Virus record (IMG/VR): IMGVR_UViG_2654587570_000012
Reading direction: 5' to 3' (one strand)
Source: a virus
Lineage: Duplodnaviria; Heunggongvirae; Uroviricota; Caudoviricetes
Length of the DNA stretch: 5,189 bases
Shown here: positions 5,109 to 5,189 of the stretch, in pieces
How positions within the stretch are numbered: position 1 is the first letter of the stretch
Layout of the letters: each line of letters starts with the position of its first letter
The notes under the pieces: model-generated
What the model was told of the DNA's origin: nothing
Databases searched by the model: none
Seen by the model: only the letters and a program-made list of their open reading frames with translations
Position numbers and translations under genes: made by a program

Positions 5109-5189
5109 TTATTGATAGTGTTTTATGTTCAGATAATGCCCGATGACTTTGTCATGCAGCTCCACCGATTTTGAGAACGACAGCGACTT
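5109..5189 (-). CDS. 3' end (last 26 codons) of an unidentified gene running off the window edge, replacing the exo 5' portion
   Basis: Seen: minus-strand frame open from the window edge, ...[26 protein letters not shown], with TAA at 5111-5109, one nt before the exo-remnant TTG. Does not match lambda Exo in any frame. Too short to assign. Confidence 0.25.
   Translation of the reverse strand, partial: KSLSFSKSVELHDKVIGHYLNIKHYQ

Noticed and set aside
1-5189. CRISPR array, tRNA/rRNA genes, insertion-sequence ends, attP core
   Set aside because: No direct-repeat/spacer periodicity, no tRNA-like cloverleaf candidates and no terminal inverted repeats seen. int ends at position 1-3, so any att site lies outside the window.

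Overview
The window is the early-left (pL-side) accessory arm of a lambda-like prophage, with every credible gene on the minus strand, ending in xis and int at the window start; int stops at positions 1-3, so the attachment site lies outside the window. Order on the minus strand (descending coordinates): 3' end of an unknown gene, a 3' remnant of exo, orf60a, orf63, an orf61-position ORF, an intrinsic terminator, a TraR/DksA-like zinc-finger gene (orf73 position), an ea22-like gene, a TGT/DpdA-like transglycosylase, a MazG-like pyrophosphohydrolase fused to DUF551, an ea8.5-like gene, a terminator, a 55-aa ORF, a second terminator, a cII-type TTGC-N6-TTGC promoter motif (pI-like), xis and int. 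The main finding is a two-gene cargo (1962..3525) sitting between ea22 and ea8.5, which are adjacent in lambda as I recall it: the TGT-like enzyme is a candidate 7-deazaguanine DNA-modification (anti-restriction) function. Second, exo survives only as its last ~65 codons behind a mosaic junction, so the recombination module has been replaced or deleted. All family assignments are from reading the translations and from recalled lambda gene order; no database search was run.
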